The notes below the pieces were generated by a model, which did no database searches, was not told the origin of the DNA, and saw only the letters and a program-made list of their open reading frames with translations. A program made the position numbers and the translations under genes. Of a stretch of 64,000 nt of DNA, positions 29,841-39,567 are shown piece by piece (positions within the stretch are counted from its first letter, which is position 1; each line of letters begins with the position of its first letter). Origin of the DNA: Pelagomonas calceolata (taxonomy: Eukaryota); NCBI GenBank assembly GCA_918797485.1, contig CAKKNE010000003.1:1984001-2048000 (forward strand). Direction: 5' to 3'.

Positions 29841-30767
29841 ATGGGGCGGCGCGCGCGGCTAGTCCTCGGCCTCCTCGCCGCCGTCGACGCGATCCCCGAC
29901 CTCGGCGTCATTTATGCCGCGAGTGGCCGCCTCCACGTCCTGATGGCGACGGAGTCCGCGCGGCCCCTGAAGTCGCACCTCGTGCACATCCACACGCAAA
30001 CGGAGGACGACCACGCGACGTGCGAGAGGCTGCGCGACGGCCAGAAGTGGTGGTCCTGCGTCGACGTCACGCGGGGCGAGCACCGCGCGGCGCAGCTCTG
30101 GCGGCACCTCGCGAAGTACACCTCCGCGGAGTCGGAGTGCCGGAGGCTGCACGGCGACGCGCCGAACCGCATCCTGAAGATCGTGGCCATCGCCGCGGCG
30201 CCCTTCAAGCGCAACGTCTTCCTCGACGCGGACACGGTGCCGTGCTTCGACCTCGCGACGCTCTACACGCAGCTCCGGGCGACGGAGGAGCGCGGTTTGC
30301 TGGACCTCTACGACGTCCTCTTCGTCCCGGCGCGCGAGTCGGTCCCCCGGGCGCCGGCGCGCCTCGCGTCTTGGGCGCGCGCGCCGGCCTGGGTCGAGTC
30401 GAACGGGGGTGTGATTTTTTGGCGGCGGACGCCCGAGACGGCGCGCCTCTTCCACCGCTGGCTCGCGTCGTATTGCCGGGGCGGCGACGACCTCGCGCAC
30501 TTCAACGGGGGCGACCAGCACATCCTCTCGCGCGAGGTCCTGTCCGCGGTGCAGCGCGACCGCCTGCTGGTCTACCACTTGCTACCCATCTGGAACTATC
30601 GGTCGTGGCGGCGCCACTTTTCGAACAAGCAGGAGTGCTGCTCGTCGGCGTCGGTCACCGAGGAGCTCAGGCCCCTGCCCATCTACATCGACCACGGCTG
30701 CCGGAAGCCGCGGGACTACGTCAAGCGGACCGGGAACGCGTCCTGGTTCCTGGGGGAGGGGGGGTAA
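29841..30767 (+). CDS. Secretory GT-A glycosyltransferase-like protein (tandem paralog 1, intronless)
   Basis: Signal peptide; APFKRNVFLDADT, ESNGGVIFW, GDQHIL, WNYR. Confidence 0.75.
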   Translation: MGRRARLVLGLLAAVDAIPDLGVIYAASGRLHVLMATESARPLKSHLVHIHTQTEDDHATCERLRDGQKWWSCVDVTRGEHRAAQLWRHLAKYTSAESECRRLHGDAPNRILKIVAIAAAPFKRNVFLDADTVPCFDLATLYTQLRATEERGLLDLYDVLFVPARESVPRAPARLASWARAPAWVESNGGVIFWRRTPETARLFHRWLASYCRGGDDLAHFNGGDQHILSREVLSAVQRDRLLVYHLLPIWNYRSWRRHFSNKQECCSSASVTEELRPLPIYIDHGCRKPRDYVKRTGNASWFLGEGG

Positions 30768-30876
30768 TTGTGTCTTGTGAAGTTACTCTCGTTATTATTT
30801 CGCGGCGTTTCGCGAGCCAGGCTTGGGCTCGCCCGTCCGGCTGGACTATATATACTTAATTATACGTGTAGAAGCT

Positions 30877-30894
30877 GAAAAAACGGGTTTTTCA
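30877..30894 (+). promoter_or_regulatory. GAAAAAACGGGTTTTTCA upstream motif
   Basis: ~160 bp upstream of ATG 31053; same sense-strand sequence as at 25759. Confidence 0.5.
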
Positions 30895-31052
30895 CTGCAG
30901 CCGTAACTTTACCTTAAATATTGCCGGGCGCGAGCCTGAAACGTACTCGACAATTGCGTGTGACCAGTGCGCATCGATACGGCGCATCGATTCGACTCAG
31001 GAAGGTGAAACACAACCAGGCAATTTTAATTTTTAAGTGCTGACTTGTGATC

Positions 31053-32101
31053 ATGAGGCTACTCTCACTCGTTTGCCTGGCGCGGTGCGCCGTCGACGCG
31101 TTGCCCGACATCGGCGTCACCTACGCCGCGACCGGACGGCTCAACGTCCTCATGGCCGCGGAGTCCGTGCGCCAGTTGTCGACGCGTTATGCCCACATTC
31201 ACACGCTGAGCGCCGACGACCACGCGACGTGCGAGCGCCTGCGCGGCGGCGCGCCCTGGAAGTGCGTCGACGTGACGTCCGGCAGCTCGCACGCCGCGCA
31301 GCTCTGGCGCCACTTGGCCAAGTACACGGCGCCGGACGCGCCGTGCCGCAATTCACATAGTATCGCGCCGACGCGGCTCCTGAAGATGGTCGCCATCATG
31401 GCGGCGCCGTTCCGGCACAATATTTTTCTGGACGCGGACACGGTGCCGTGCTTCGACCTCGCGACGCTGTACACGCAGCTGCGGGCGGGCGGCGGCATGG
31501 GCCTCCTCGACGTCTACGACCTGCTGCTCGTGCCGGCGCGCGAGAGCGTGCCGAGCGGCCCCGCGGCGGCGAAGGGGACCTGGCGCGCGCCGGCCTACGA
31601 CAAGTCCAACTCGGGCGTCATTCTCTGGCGCAAAAGCCGCGCGACAATGAAGCTCTACCATGCCTGGATCCACGCGTACTGCTCGGAGCTGTGTGGAAAT
31701 CAAATTTACGGCGCGTTCGTCCTGAATCGCCGCGTCGTCCTCCACGCCATCGACGCGACGCCTGCTCACTGGTTGATTTGCACACAGGCTCGGAGAAGAA
31801 GCTGGGCACGCGGGGGAGCGCGGAGAGCAACGGCGCGGACCAGAATGTTCTCTCCTACGAGATCTTGCACGCGGTAAAGCGCGACGGGCTCCTCGTCTAC
31901 AGCCTGGGGCCGTGGTGGAACTATCGATCGTGGCGACGCCACTTCGCCAACAAGCCGGGGTGCTGCTCGTCGGCGTCGCGAGTAGTTGAGGCGGTATCTG
32001 GAGACCTGCAGCCGCCGCCGGTGTACATCGACCACGCGTGCCGCAAGCCGCGTGAGTACGCCGAGCGGTCTGGGAACGCGTCGTTCTTTTTGGGGCGTTG
32101 A
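31053..32101 (+). CDS. Secretory GT-A glycosyltransferase-like protein (tandem paralog 2); exons 31053-31680, 31788-32101
   Basis: Colinear with paralog 1 once the 107-nt intron is removed (942 nt, in frame): FLDADT, KSNSGVILW, GADQNVL, WNYRSWRRHF. Confidence 0.85.
31681..31787 (+). mobile_element. Introner element (GC-AG intron), young copy
   Basis: Perfect 8-bp TSD GCTCGGAG (31681-31688, 31788-31795); TIRs CTGTGTGGAAATCAA / TTGATTTGCACACAG; absent in paralog 1. Confidence 0.93.
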
Positions 32102-32159
32102 TAAATATGTGCGTTAGGCAACCTCCCGGAGCTCCCCCACCACAACCCCGCGAAGGAGC

Positions 32160-32184
32160 CCTAGCGGCCTGTAAAGACACTAGC
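32160..32184 (+). promoter_or_regulatory. CTAG-bracketed intergenic motif
   Basis: CCTAGCGGCCTGTAAAGACACTAGC, ~290 bp upstream of ATG 32470. Confidence 0.65.
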
Positions 32185-32469
32185 AAAAAGCAAAAGCGCA
32201 CTGGCATGCAAGGCGGATATTTCGATATATACGCCAGCAAGGACCATAGCTGTTCCTTGTTTATTATCGGCCCGGTCCAGTGGTGACTTGACCAGTGGCC
32301 GACCAGCGTGGCTCTATCGGTCTGAGCCGCTGGCCTCTCCGAACAAAAAACTTTTACCATCCAAGCTCTCCGTCCTCACGACAGACACGAACCATTGAGA
32401 CCGCAAAGATTGATAATTGGCCAGCTTCCGGCAGCTGCTACCGCAGCGCTCACGCCACCCGACGCCGTC

Positions 32470-33156
32470 ATGCCGCCGTCCGTCGCGGCTGAGGCGGCGG
32501 CGGCGGCGGCGGTGGCGGCTGACGCGCGTCACGCGGCCGCAGCCGCACACGACGAGCTCGACACGGTGGCCGAGGAGCCGGCCGCGGTCACGACGGTCGC
32601 GGAGCCGGCTACGGAGCCGCCCGTCGCCGCGCTGGCGTCCGTGACGCTCGACGCCGCGCCGACGGACCTCGCGGCGCCGCCCGAGCCCCCGGCGACCACG
32701 GCCCCGACGCCCTTCGCGGCCCTCGCGACGCCGCCGCCGCCTCCAGTAGACGACGACGCGCCGGCGATCCCGCGCTGGGCCTTTCTGCGCGTCGGCCGGG
32801 CCATGGAGCGGTCCGCCGTCGCCGACGCGGACGACGAGGTCTCCTACCTCGACGTGGACCTCGACCCGGGCGCGGCGCCGCGGGCGCGGGGCTTCTTCGC
32901 GGCGGCGCCGCCGCCGCCCCTCGCGGACCCGGCGCCGCCGGCGCCCGACGGGACCCCGCCCGGCCAGGGCCAGGGCCAGGGCCAGGGCCAGCTCGTCGTG
33001 CCGGGCCTGCCGCGAGGCGCGTCCGCGGGCAGCCTGGCCTACTCGCAGACGACGACGGAGGGCTCCTACGTCGACGTGCACGTGTCGTCGCCGTCGTCGT
33101 CGTCCCACGGCGTCTCGCCGCGGTCGCAGTCCTCGGGCCGCTCCGAGGACATCTGA
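32470..33156 (+). CDS. Hypothetical Pro/Ala-rich low-complexity protein
   Basis: ATG ORF with GC3-biased codons; (GQ)4 repeat; no domain recognised. Confidence 0.5.
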   Translation: MPPSVAAEAAAAAAVAADARHAAAAAHDELDTVAEEPAAVTTVAEPATEPPVAALASVTLDAAPTDLAAPPEPPATTAPTPFAALATPPPPPVDDDAPAIPRWAFLRVGRAMERSAVADADDEVSYLDVDLDPGAAPRARGFFAAAPPPPLADPAPPAPDGTPPGQGQGQGQGQLVVPGLPRGASAGSLAYSQTTTEGSYVDVHVSSPSSSSHGVSPRSQSSGRSEDI

Positions 33157-33286
33157 CCCCTTTTGTATGTTTCTCCCTTACGCGCTGTACTAATAATGCA
33201 CATTATCACAATGTTCTGTTTTCCACGACCGCCGTGACGCGACTTCAAAACCGCACGGATTGCGCCGCCTCGACGGCGTCGACGCG

Positions 33287-34285
33287 TCACGCGAGGAACC
33301 GGTTCGGGAAGAACGCGAGGCCCGCGGGCCCGGCGTCGCGGCAGAGCCGGCCCGCGGCCTCGGCGTCGAGGCAGTGCTCCAGGCCGAGCGCCGCGGGCCC
33401 GCGGAGCGCGCGCGCGACGGCCGGCGCCGACGCGCCCGCCGCCGGCACGGCGGCGGCGACGCGGCCCGGCACGTCGTCGCCCGCATTGTAAATGATACGC
33501 ACGCCCGACCGCAGCGTGCGCATCGCGACGGGCGCGTCGGCGAGGCGCCGCGGCGCGTCGACGGCGAGGTACCGCGCGCACGCGTCCGCGAGGTCGTCGG
33601 GCGACACGAGCGCGACGCCCCTAGCGCGGTTGTAGGCGCACCACAGGTCCGCCAGGGAGCACGTCGGCCGCCTTTCCAGCAGGCGCTCCGCGACCCTCGC
33701 CGCCGACGCCGCGAGCTGCCGCGCGTCGCTCGTGTCCACGGTCGCGGCCTCGGCGTCGGCGACGCAGAAGGCCGACGCCGCCGAGGCGTCGCCGTAGCGC
33801 TTGAGCACGGAGACGACCTCGCCGGCCCGCGCCGCCAATGCTTTGAGGTCCGCGCGCGTGTCCTCCGCCAGGCCCTCGTGGCGCCGCCTTCTACGCCGCC
33901 GCCGCCGCGCGAGGCCGCCGATACCCGCGTCCGAGGGCTTGAAGCCCGTCGCGTGGTCGGCGACGGCCTTCTCGGCGGCGCTCGCGAAGGCCCGGCGCCG
34001 GCGGTCGTCCCGACAGTCGAAGGTCGCCTTCGTGCCGTTCGCCGCCCAGAGCTCGACGCAGGGCCGCGCCTTCTTCCAGCGGCGCCGCCGGTCGTGCGTG
34101 ACGACGCGGAGCAGCGTGCCGATCGGGATCTGCCGCTGCTGCCCGCCTTCGAGCGGCACGAAGCTCACGCCGGACGCCGTCAGTCGCAACGTCCCGCGCA
34201 CCCAGTCGTCGTCGACCTCGAGCTTGCCGGGCGTCTCGGCTAGGGTGGCTTCGGCGGCCCAGCTTTGGGTTGTGATGGGTTGCAT
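33287..34285 (-). CDS. VPS36: ESCRT-II subunit Vps36
   Basis: GIGGL, DLKALAARAGEVV, LADLWCAYNRARGVALVSPDDL, LCRD.G.AGLAFFPNRF. Confidence 0.88.
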   Translation of the reverse strand: MQPITTQSWAAEATLAETPGKLEVDDDWVRGTLRLTASGVSFVPLEGGQQRQIPIGTLLRVVTHDRRRRWKKARPCVELWAANGTKATFDCRDDRRRRAFASAAEKAVADHATGFKPSDAGIGGLARRRRRRRRRHEGLAEDTRADLKALAARAGEVVSVLKRYGDASAASAFCVADAEAATVDTSDARQLAASAARVAERLLERRPTCSLADLWCAYNRARGVALVSPDDLADACARYLAVDAPRRLADAPVAMRTLRSGVRIIYNAGDDVPGRVAAAVPAAGASAPAVARALRGPAALGLEHCLDAEAAGRLCRDAGPAGLAFFPNRFLA

Positions 34286-34703
34286 GGCACTGCTCACGAA
34301 TGCCGCAAAAAGCTGCGCCAGGCGCGAGAGGCACTCAGCTCGAAGCCGGCGAGCGTTCCGGGCCGGGGCTCGCCTGCTGTGTCGATTAACAAGCTTTTTG
34401 AGCGCGCGAAACCCGTGAGATAAAATATCGAATTACAATGGAGCACTTCTATTTCTTTTCGACGCAGTACAGGAATCTAGAATCCTCTGCGAGGGCTACT
34501 CATAGCAAGCCTTAGCCTCCGTCTCCCCAGCCTCCTCCACCAGCCAAAATAGCAATCGCGGCGCGCGCATTGCCTACCACTGCAGCTGCATACGGCAATT
34601 TGCGTCTGAAAGATATTCGCCGCACGCGCGCTCGTTGAGCGACGCCGACGGCCGAGAGCTGCTTTATTGGCTTGACCAAAGCAGCAGCCACCCCTACAGC
34701 ACC

Positions 34704-35393
34704 ATGGCCGGCGGCCCGCAGCAGATCCGGCAGATGGTCAACTTCATCCTCCAGGAGGCCCACGAGAAGGCGAACGAGATCCGGGTCAAAACAGAGCACG
34801 ATTTCAATGTGGAGAAGCAGACCTTAATTCACGCCGCGCGCCAGCGGCTCAACGAGGAGTACGCGCAAAAAGAGAGAGAAAGGGAGGTCCAGCAGCGCAT
34901 CGCCAAGTCGACGGCCGTCGGGGACGCGCGCGTGAAGAAGATGAGACTGAGAGACGAATTGCTCAAGCAGCTGGTGGATGAGGCTCGAAACGAGGTGGCG
35001 AAGGTCGCCAAGTCGCCCCAGTACCCGGAGCTCGTCAAGAAGTTGATCGTGCAGTCGCTCATAAAAATCGAGGAGCCGGACGTCGTGGTGCTGTGTCGGG
35101 CGTGCGACGTGCAGCTCTGCGAACAGCAGGTGCCGGGCGCGGTGCAAATGTACGCGGACATCATCAAGAAGGAGACGGGCGAGATCGCGAAGGTGACCTG
35201 TCGGGTCAACAAGGACGCGGCCAAGCACCTCCCGGATCACGCGTGCTGCGGCGGTATCACGGTAACGGCGTGCCACGGGCGCATCGTCTGCGACAACACG
35301 CTCGACGCGCGCATCCAGCTCTGCTACGAGGAGCTGCTGCCCCAGATCCGCCACGAGCTGTGGGACAAGCACGGCGACCCCGCGGCGAAGTAG
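34704..35393 (+). CDS. VHA-E: V-type proton ATPase subunit E
   Basis: QIRQMVNFILQEAHEKANEI..EHDFNVEK, GRIVCDNTLDAR, LLPQIR. Confidence 0.96.
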   Translation: MAGGPQQIRQMVNFILQEAHEKANEIRVKTEHDFNVEKQTLIHAARQRLNEEYAQKEREREVQQRIAKSTAVGDARVKKMRLRDELLKQLVDEARNEVAKVAKSPQYPELVKKLIVQSLIKIEEPDVVVLCRACDVQLCEQQVPGAVQMYADIIKKETGEIAKVTCRVNKDAAKHLPDHACCGGITVTACHGRIVCDNTLDARIQLCYEELLPQIRHELWDKHGDPAAK

Positions 35394-35789
35394 GTCTCTG
35401 TGAGTATAAGTGAGTACATAACGGTGTTGCCGGCTTTTTCGGCGGCGGCGGTCCTGTGCACAATTCTTGTGTTCTGGCCCTCTGGGTTCGTCCCGGGCCT
35501 CGTCGAACTCGCGGCCGTCGGGACTAGTGGCATCCGGGCCCGGGCTCACTCCTAGGCGCGGCCTGGTGCGAGCGAGAGACCGAGGGGCCGCTTGGGTCAT
35601 TCGTCGACGGCGTCGGGGTGGTCGCGGGACTTGCTCCGGCGGCGCGCACCCCTCGACGCCATCGCCGCGAGGCACCAAGAGTGATGTACATCATATGTTA
35701 CAGACAGGGTGATGGGGTAGTTCACAGGGCACTAGTCGACAGACAGTTGACGCGGCCGCGGGCGCCGGAGGTGGTAGTTTGGTGGTGCT

Positions 35790-37033
35790 CTACTCGAGCG
35801 TGACGAGGGACCCGTCGCGGAGCATCGTGTCCGTGCCGTCCTTGAGGGGCTTGCGCGTCAATTGGACCTGCGCGGAAATCAAAGTTCGCGGTGCTGAATC
35901 GTCGCGTCGATCTCCACGCCATCGACGCGACTATGCGATGGTGTACCCGACTCGCCGGTTGATTTCCACGCCGAGCCGACGATGACGCAGCGCGAGCAGG
36001 GCCGGTCGCCGTCGAAGGCCTCGACCTCGTGTTTGAGGGCCCGGTCGTTGAAGAGGACGGTTTCCCACGGGTCCTTGAGCGTGAGCGTGCCCAGCGAGAG
36101 CGACGCGTCGGGCCTTTCGGGCAGGTGCGGGTGCATGGCGCGGCACTCGTCGTCCTCGCCTGCGCGGGAATTAAGGAGTGTCGGGTCGCGTCGATGGCGT
36201 GGACGCGGGGTTCGCACAGTAGTTGCCCGTCGTCGCGTCGAGGGACCAGAGCCGCGTCTCGCCGCCCGACGTCACGCGGTCGCGTTTGATCATCGTCACG
36301 GCGCTCACCTCGGAGCCGTCCTGGTGGATGCCCTCGGGCGTCGGGCACTGGTCGCCGTCGCCCGTCTTCGTCACCTTGATGAGCACCTGGTCCGTGACGA
36401 CGTGCGGCGACGCCGCGTTGACGCCGTGCTGCGGCGTGTGCGCGTCGGGCAGGAAGAGGCGCTGGACCTCGGCGAGGGCGACGGGGACCGTCGACGCCGC
36501 GTAGGCCGGCGGCGTGAGCGGCCAGACGCGGTTCCCAGACCGCTTGGACCGGACCTTGGCCGCGGCGGCGGACGCGACCTGCGCGCGACGGAACCGTGAA
36601 GGCGGCGTTGCCTCGCCGGACGCCGCGCCAGTACCTCCTTCGCCGGGATCTTCGTCACGGCCGGGCGATGGGCGGGCACGAACGTCGCGGTGCCCGTTGC
36701 GACGAGGCGGTGGGCCGCCGACTGGCGGAAGGCCATGGCGCCCTCGTCCGTCGCGACGTCGGCGTGGACCGCGCCGGACTCGATGAGTTGGAGGTCCTCT
36801 TCCTTCGCGCCTTTCCATCGCAGCAGCGCGCGGAACCTGCGTGTACATCGTCTGCTCGCTGGAGCTGGCGAGATTTGAATTCCACGCCGCGGAAACGTGG
36901 CGCCCGGCACGCGGACGAAGCCCTTTTTGTTCAGCGTCTCTTTCAAGTGGAGAGCCGCTACCTCGGGCGGCGCGGGGACGAAGCCCGCGGCGGGCGCCGC
37001 GATTAGCGCCGCGACTACCCACACGACGCGCAT
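35790..37033 (-). CDS. Plastid-targeted 2OG-Fe(II) dioxygenase (BsmA/2OG-Fe_Oxy_2-like); exons 37033-36897, 36836-36635, 36578-36227, 36159-35981, 35867-35790
   Basis: Signal peptide + AGFVP; PTPEGIHQDG (HxD), VTSGGET, LFNDRALKHEV, SRCVIV; four-intron model gives 948 nt in frame. Confidence 0.78.
35868..35980 (-). mobile_element. Introner-type intron (GT-AG)
   Basis: TIRs CTGCGCGGAAATCAA / TTGATTTCCACGCCG; internal CTGAATCGTCGCGTCGATCTCCACGCCATCGACGCGAC nearly identical to 31681 element. Confidence 0.85.
36160..36226 (-). mobile_element. Introner-derived intron (predicted GC-AG; donor position approximate)
   Basis: Short TIRs CTGCGCGGGAA / TTCGCACAG; core CGCGTCGATGGCGTG; joins ORF frames. 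Confidence 0.7.
36579..36634 (-). other. Predicted intron (GT-AG, 56 nt)
   Basis: GAG|GTACTG...CGCGCAG|G; explains frame switch between ORFs 36371..37033 and 36171..37022. Confidence 0.7.
36837..36896 (-). mobile_element. Introner-derived intron (GT-AG, 60 nt, in frame)
   Basis: Degenerate TIRs CGGCGTGGAATTC / GATGTACACGCAG; TSD-like GTTTCCGC / GTTCCGCG. Confidence 0.65.
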
Positions 37034-37454
37034 TTCAAATCAGAAGAATTTTGTCTGCTCTTTTTGGGCTGGAATTCGCTGCGTACGGCCCGGAATCGGT
37101 TTTTTTCTGGCTGACGAGCTGTGCCTATGTCCTGGAGCACTGGTAGGCCACTTTGTTTGACTTATAAAGTCCGGACGTGCTGAAAGTTTAAATTCTACGT
37201 TGGAGCGCCTCGACTCGGCATCAGGGGCACCTTCCGACATTCTGCAAGCAAACCGCGAGCATTCAATACCCGTATCGCCATCATCGACACGTCCAAGGAG
37301 CCGTAGGCCGGCCGGAGCACGCATAGTACCGCCTCGTCAAACCCGACACCAAATTGCTGCCCAAGCCGCCGCGTTGCGACAAAACGGCACCGCCCGACGC
37401 CGTCGCCGCGGCGCAGCAAAGGACGCAGCAGGAAAGGCAGCCCGACGAGCAACC

Positions 37455-39421
37455 ATGTTCGGCAGCACGATCAAGTCCGAAGGGGACCATGACCGCTTCC
37501 GGTCGAAGGCGGATAGAGTGAATGTCATGACGCGCATGACGCGCGAGGAGCGCATGGCCAAGGTCGACGAGAAGCACGGCGTTGATCGCGACAAGGATTC
37601 GGACGACGACTTGGACAGCGACTGGTCCGACTCGTCAGATGACGACTCGAGCGACGAGTACTCGGACTCGGACCCGGACGCCTCGCGGAGCGGCACCGAC
37701 GATGATTCTTCTTCAGCTTCTGCTAAAGGGTCCATCAAAGAAGAAACGCCGGCCCAGAAGAAGAAGCGGCTCAAAAAAGAAGCGAGGAAGCGGCGCCTGG
37801 CCAATAGGCCTACCTATAGGGATCGCTTCGACGCCTGGCGCGAGAAGCGGGCTAAAGAAAGAAGGCATCCCACTCTTGTGTATTATGAGAAGCTCATGAG
37901 GAAGGAGCAGCGAAAAGCTGATAGATTAGCCCAAGAGGCCGAGGATGACAGAATAGAAAAAGAAGCTTTGCAGAGAGAGGAGTGGGCCAAGCGCAAGGAG
38001 GACGAGGAGTTTCTGCAATACGTCCGCGACGAGGACGAACGAAGATATCGCCGCGTGAAAGCGCAACGGCAGAAGGAGATGGAGAATACGATGTGCCGCA
38101 TGACGTCAATCTCGGCGTCCCGCGGTGCTGCGGCGCCTTCACGCCGTCGACGCGCGTCGTCTCCAGGAGACGAGGTCGTGGGTGGTCTCTTTTTTGATTT
38201 TGAGGCCATTCGGACCGTTTCCAGTGAATACGATGCTCCGCGCAGGTTGTTCGAGAAGTGGGACTTGGAGAACGGCGTCATTAATCGGCGGTTGCAGGCG
38301 GAGAAGGATGCGAAGGATAAGTCTGGGGCGGCGTCCGTCCTTCTTCGATCGTCGCGGCGATGGCGTCCACCGGACCCGGGACGCCGTCGCCGCGCTCGCT
38401 CGATGCCGTTGCTTCGAACTCGCTCGCACCGCGCGTCCTGCGATGTCGCCATCGCCGCGAGGGCGTCACGGGGGTACCGCACGCGGAATGCCGTCGACGA
38501 AACGCACGCAGGCGCGACCGCGAGGCCGACGCCAAATTGGCCGACGACACGTTCCGGGCCGCCAAGGCCCACAATGCGGAACTGCTACGACTCGAGCAGG
38601 AGCACGACACGCAGACGGCCCTGACGACGATGCGCCGCGCGGGCATGATCGCCGGCGTCAATCCCCCGAGGCCCGACCCTCGCGAACCGCCCAATGAAAC
38701 CGATGTGGAGATTTTACTAAGGGTCAAGGAGAAGCGACCCGAAGAAGAGGAAGAGGAGGTGAGAGAGCCGGAGCAGACCGGAAGCAGGGGCGCGCGGCGC
38801 GCGGCTATCCAAAAACATAGGACCAAAAAAAAGAAGCAGGAGGAGTCGCACTTCGAGATTGAACTGAAGCGGTTCCGGACGGTCGAGAAGATCCAGGGCT
38901 TCAAGCTCGGGCCCATCGGTGTCCGATACTTGGTCAGAGATCTGGTGCTCGGAGCGTGTCCTAGGTTGGACACGTTGGACCTAGGATGGAATCATATAGG
39001 AAGGCAGGGCGTCAAGTTTTTAAGTGATGGCTTCAAGCGAAAGTGCGCTCCGAACCTCACGCGTTTGGATTTACGGGCCAACCTGCTGATGCCGAACAGC
39101 ATCGAGTTGTTATTGGAGGGACTCGTGAAGGGCCAAGTGAAGCTGAAAGTGCTCGATCTAAGAGCCAACGCCTTTAAGGATGATGGAGGGTGCTTGATCG
39201 CGTCCCTGGCTCTGGAAGGGTGTTTTGATACGCTAGAAGAGCTCCACTTGGAGTCGTGCGAGATAAGATCAAGGGGCATGTGGGCCCTCTTCCAGGCCTT
39301 CCAGGCCGAGGCGCGCGGGAAATTGTTTCCGTCACTCCAACACGTCGGCCTGCGCCACAACCGGGCGGCGCCCGAGACGTTAAGGCGCATGAAGAACTGC
39401 CCGCCGTGGATCGCGTTCTGA
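37455..39421 (+). CDS. Acidic/coiled-coil protein with C-terminal RI-like leucine-rich repeats; exons 37455-38092, 38246-38320, 38512-39421
   Basis: LDTLDLGWNHIG, LTRLDLRANLL, LKVLDLRANAF, LEELHLESCEI; spliced model 1623 nt in frame. Confidence 0.75.
38093..38245 (+). other. Predicted intron (GT-AG, 153 nt, in frame)
   Basis: Ends CGCGCAG|G; contains ACGCCGTCGACGCG core; non-coding-like composition interrupts coiled coil. Confidence 0.6.
38321..38511 (+). other. Predicted intron (GT-AG, 191 nt)
   Basis: Ends CACGCAG|G; multiple CGATGGCG/CGCCATCG cores; resolves frame switch. Confidence 0.7.
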
Positions 39422-39567
39422 GTAATCTTTGTTGTGTGAGTTGTCGCGGCGATGGCGTTTGTCTATTGGTTTACTGGCGCGTCGACGAGGCGTATTGGGA
39501 TGTAGAATGCTTAGGCCTAGCCGAGCCCGCCCGCGCGTCGATGGCGTGACGGTCATATACTTGCTAC

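Noticed and set aside
25759..30894. 18-bp inverted match as TIRs of a 5-kb gene-capturing transposon
   Set aside because: No TSD and no transposase; both copies sit at similar distance and sense orientation upstream of ATGs, better explained as a promoter motif
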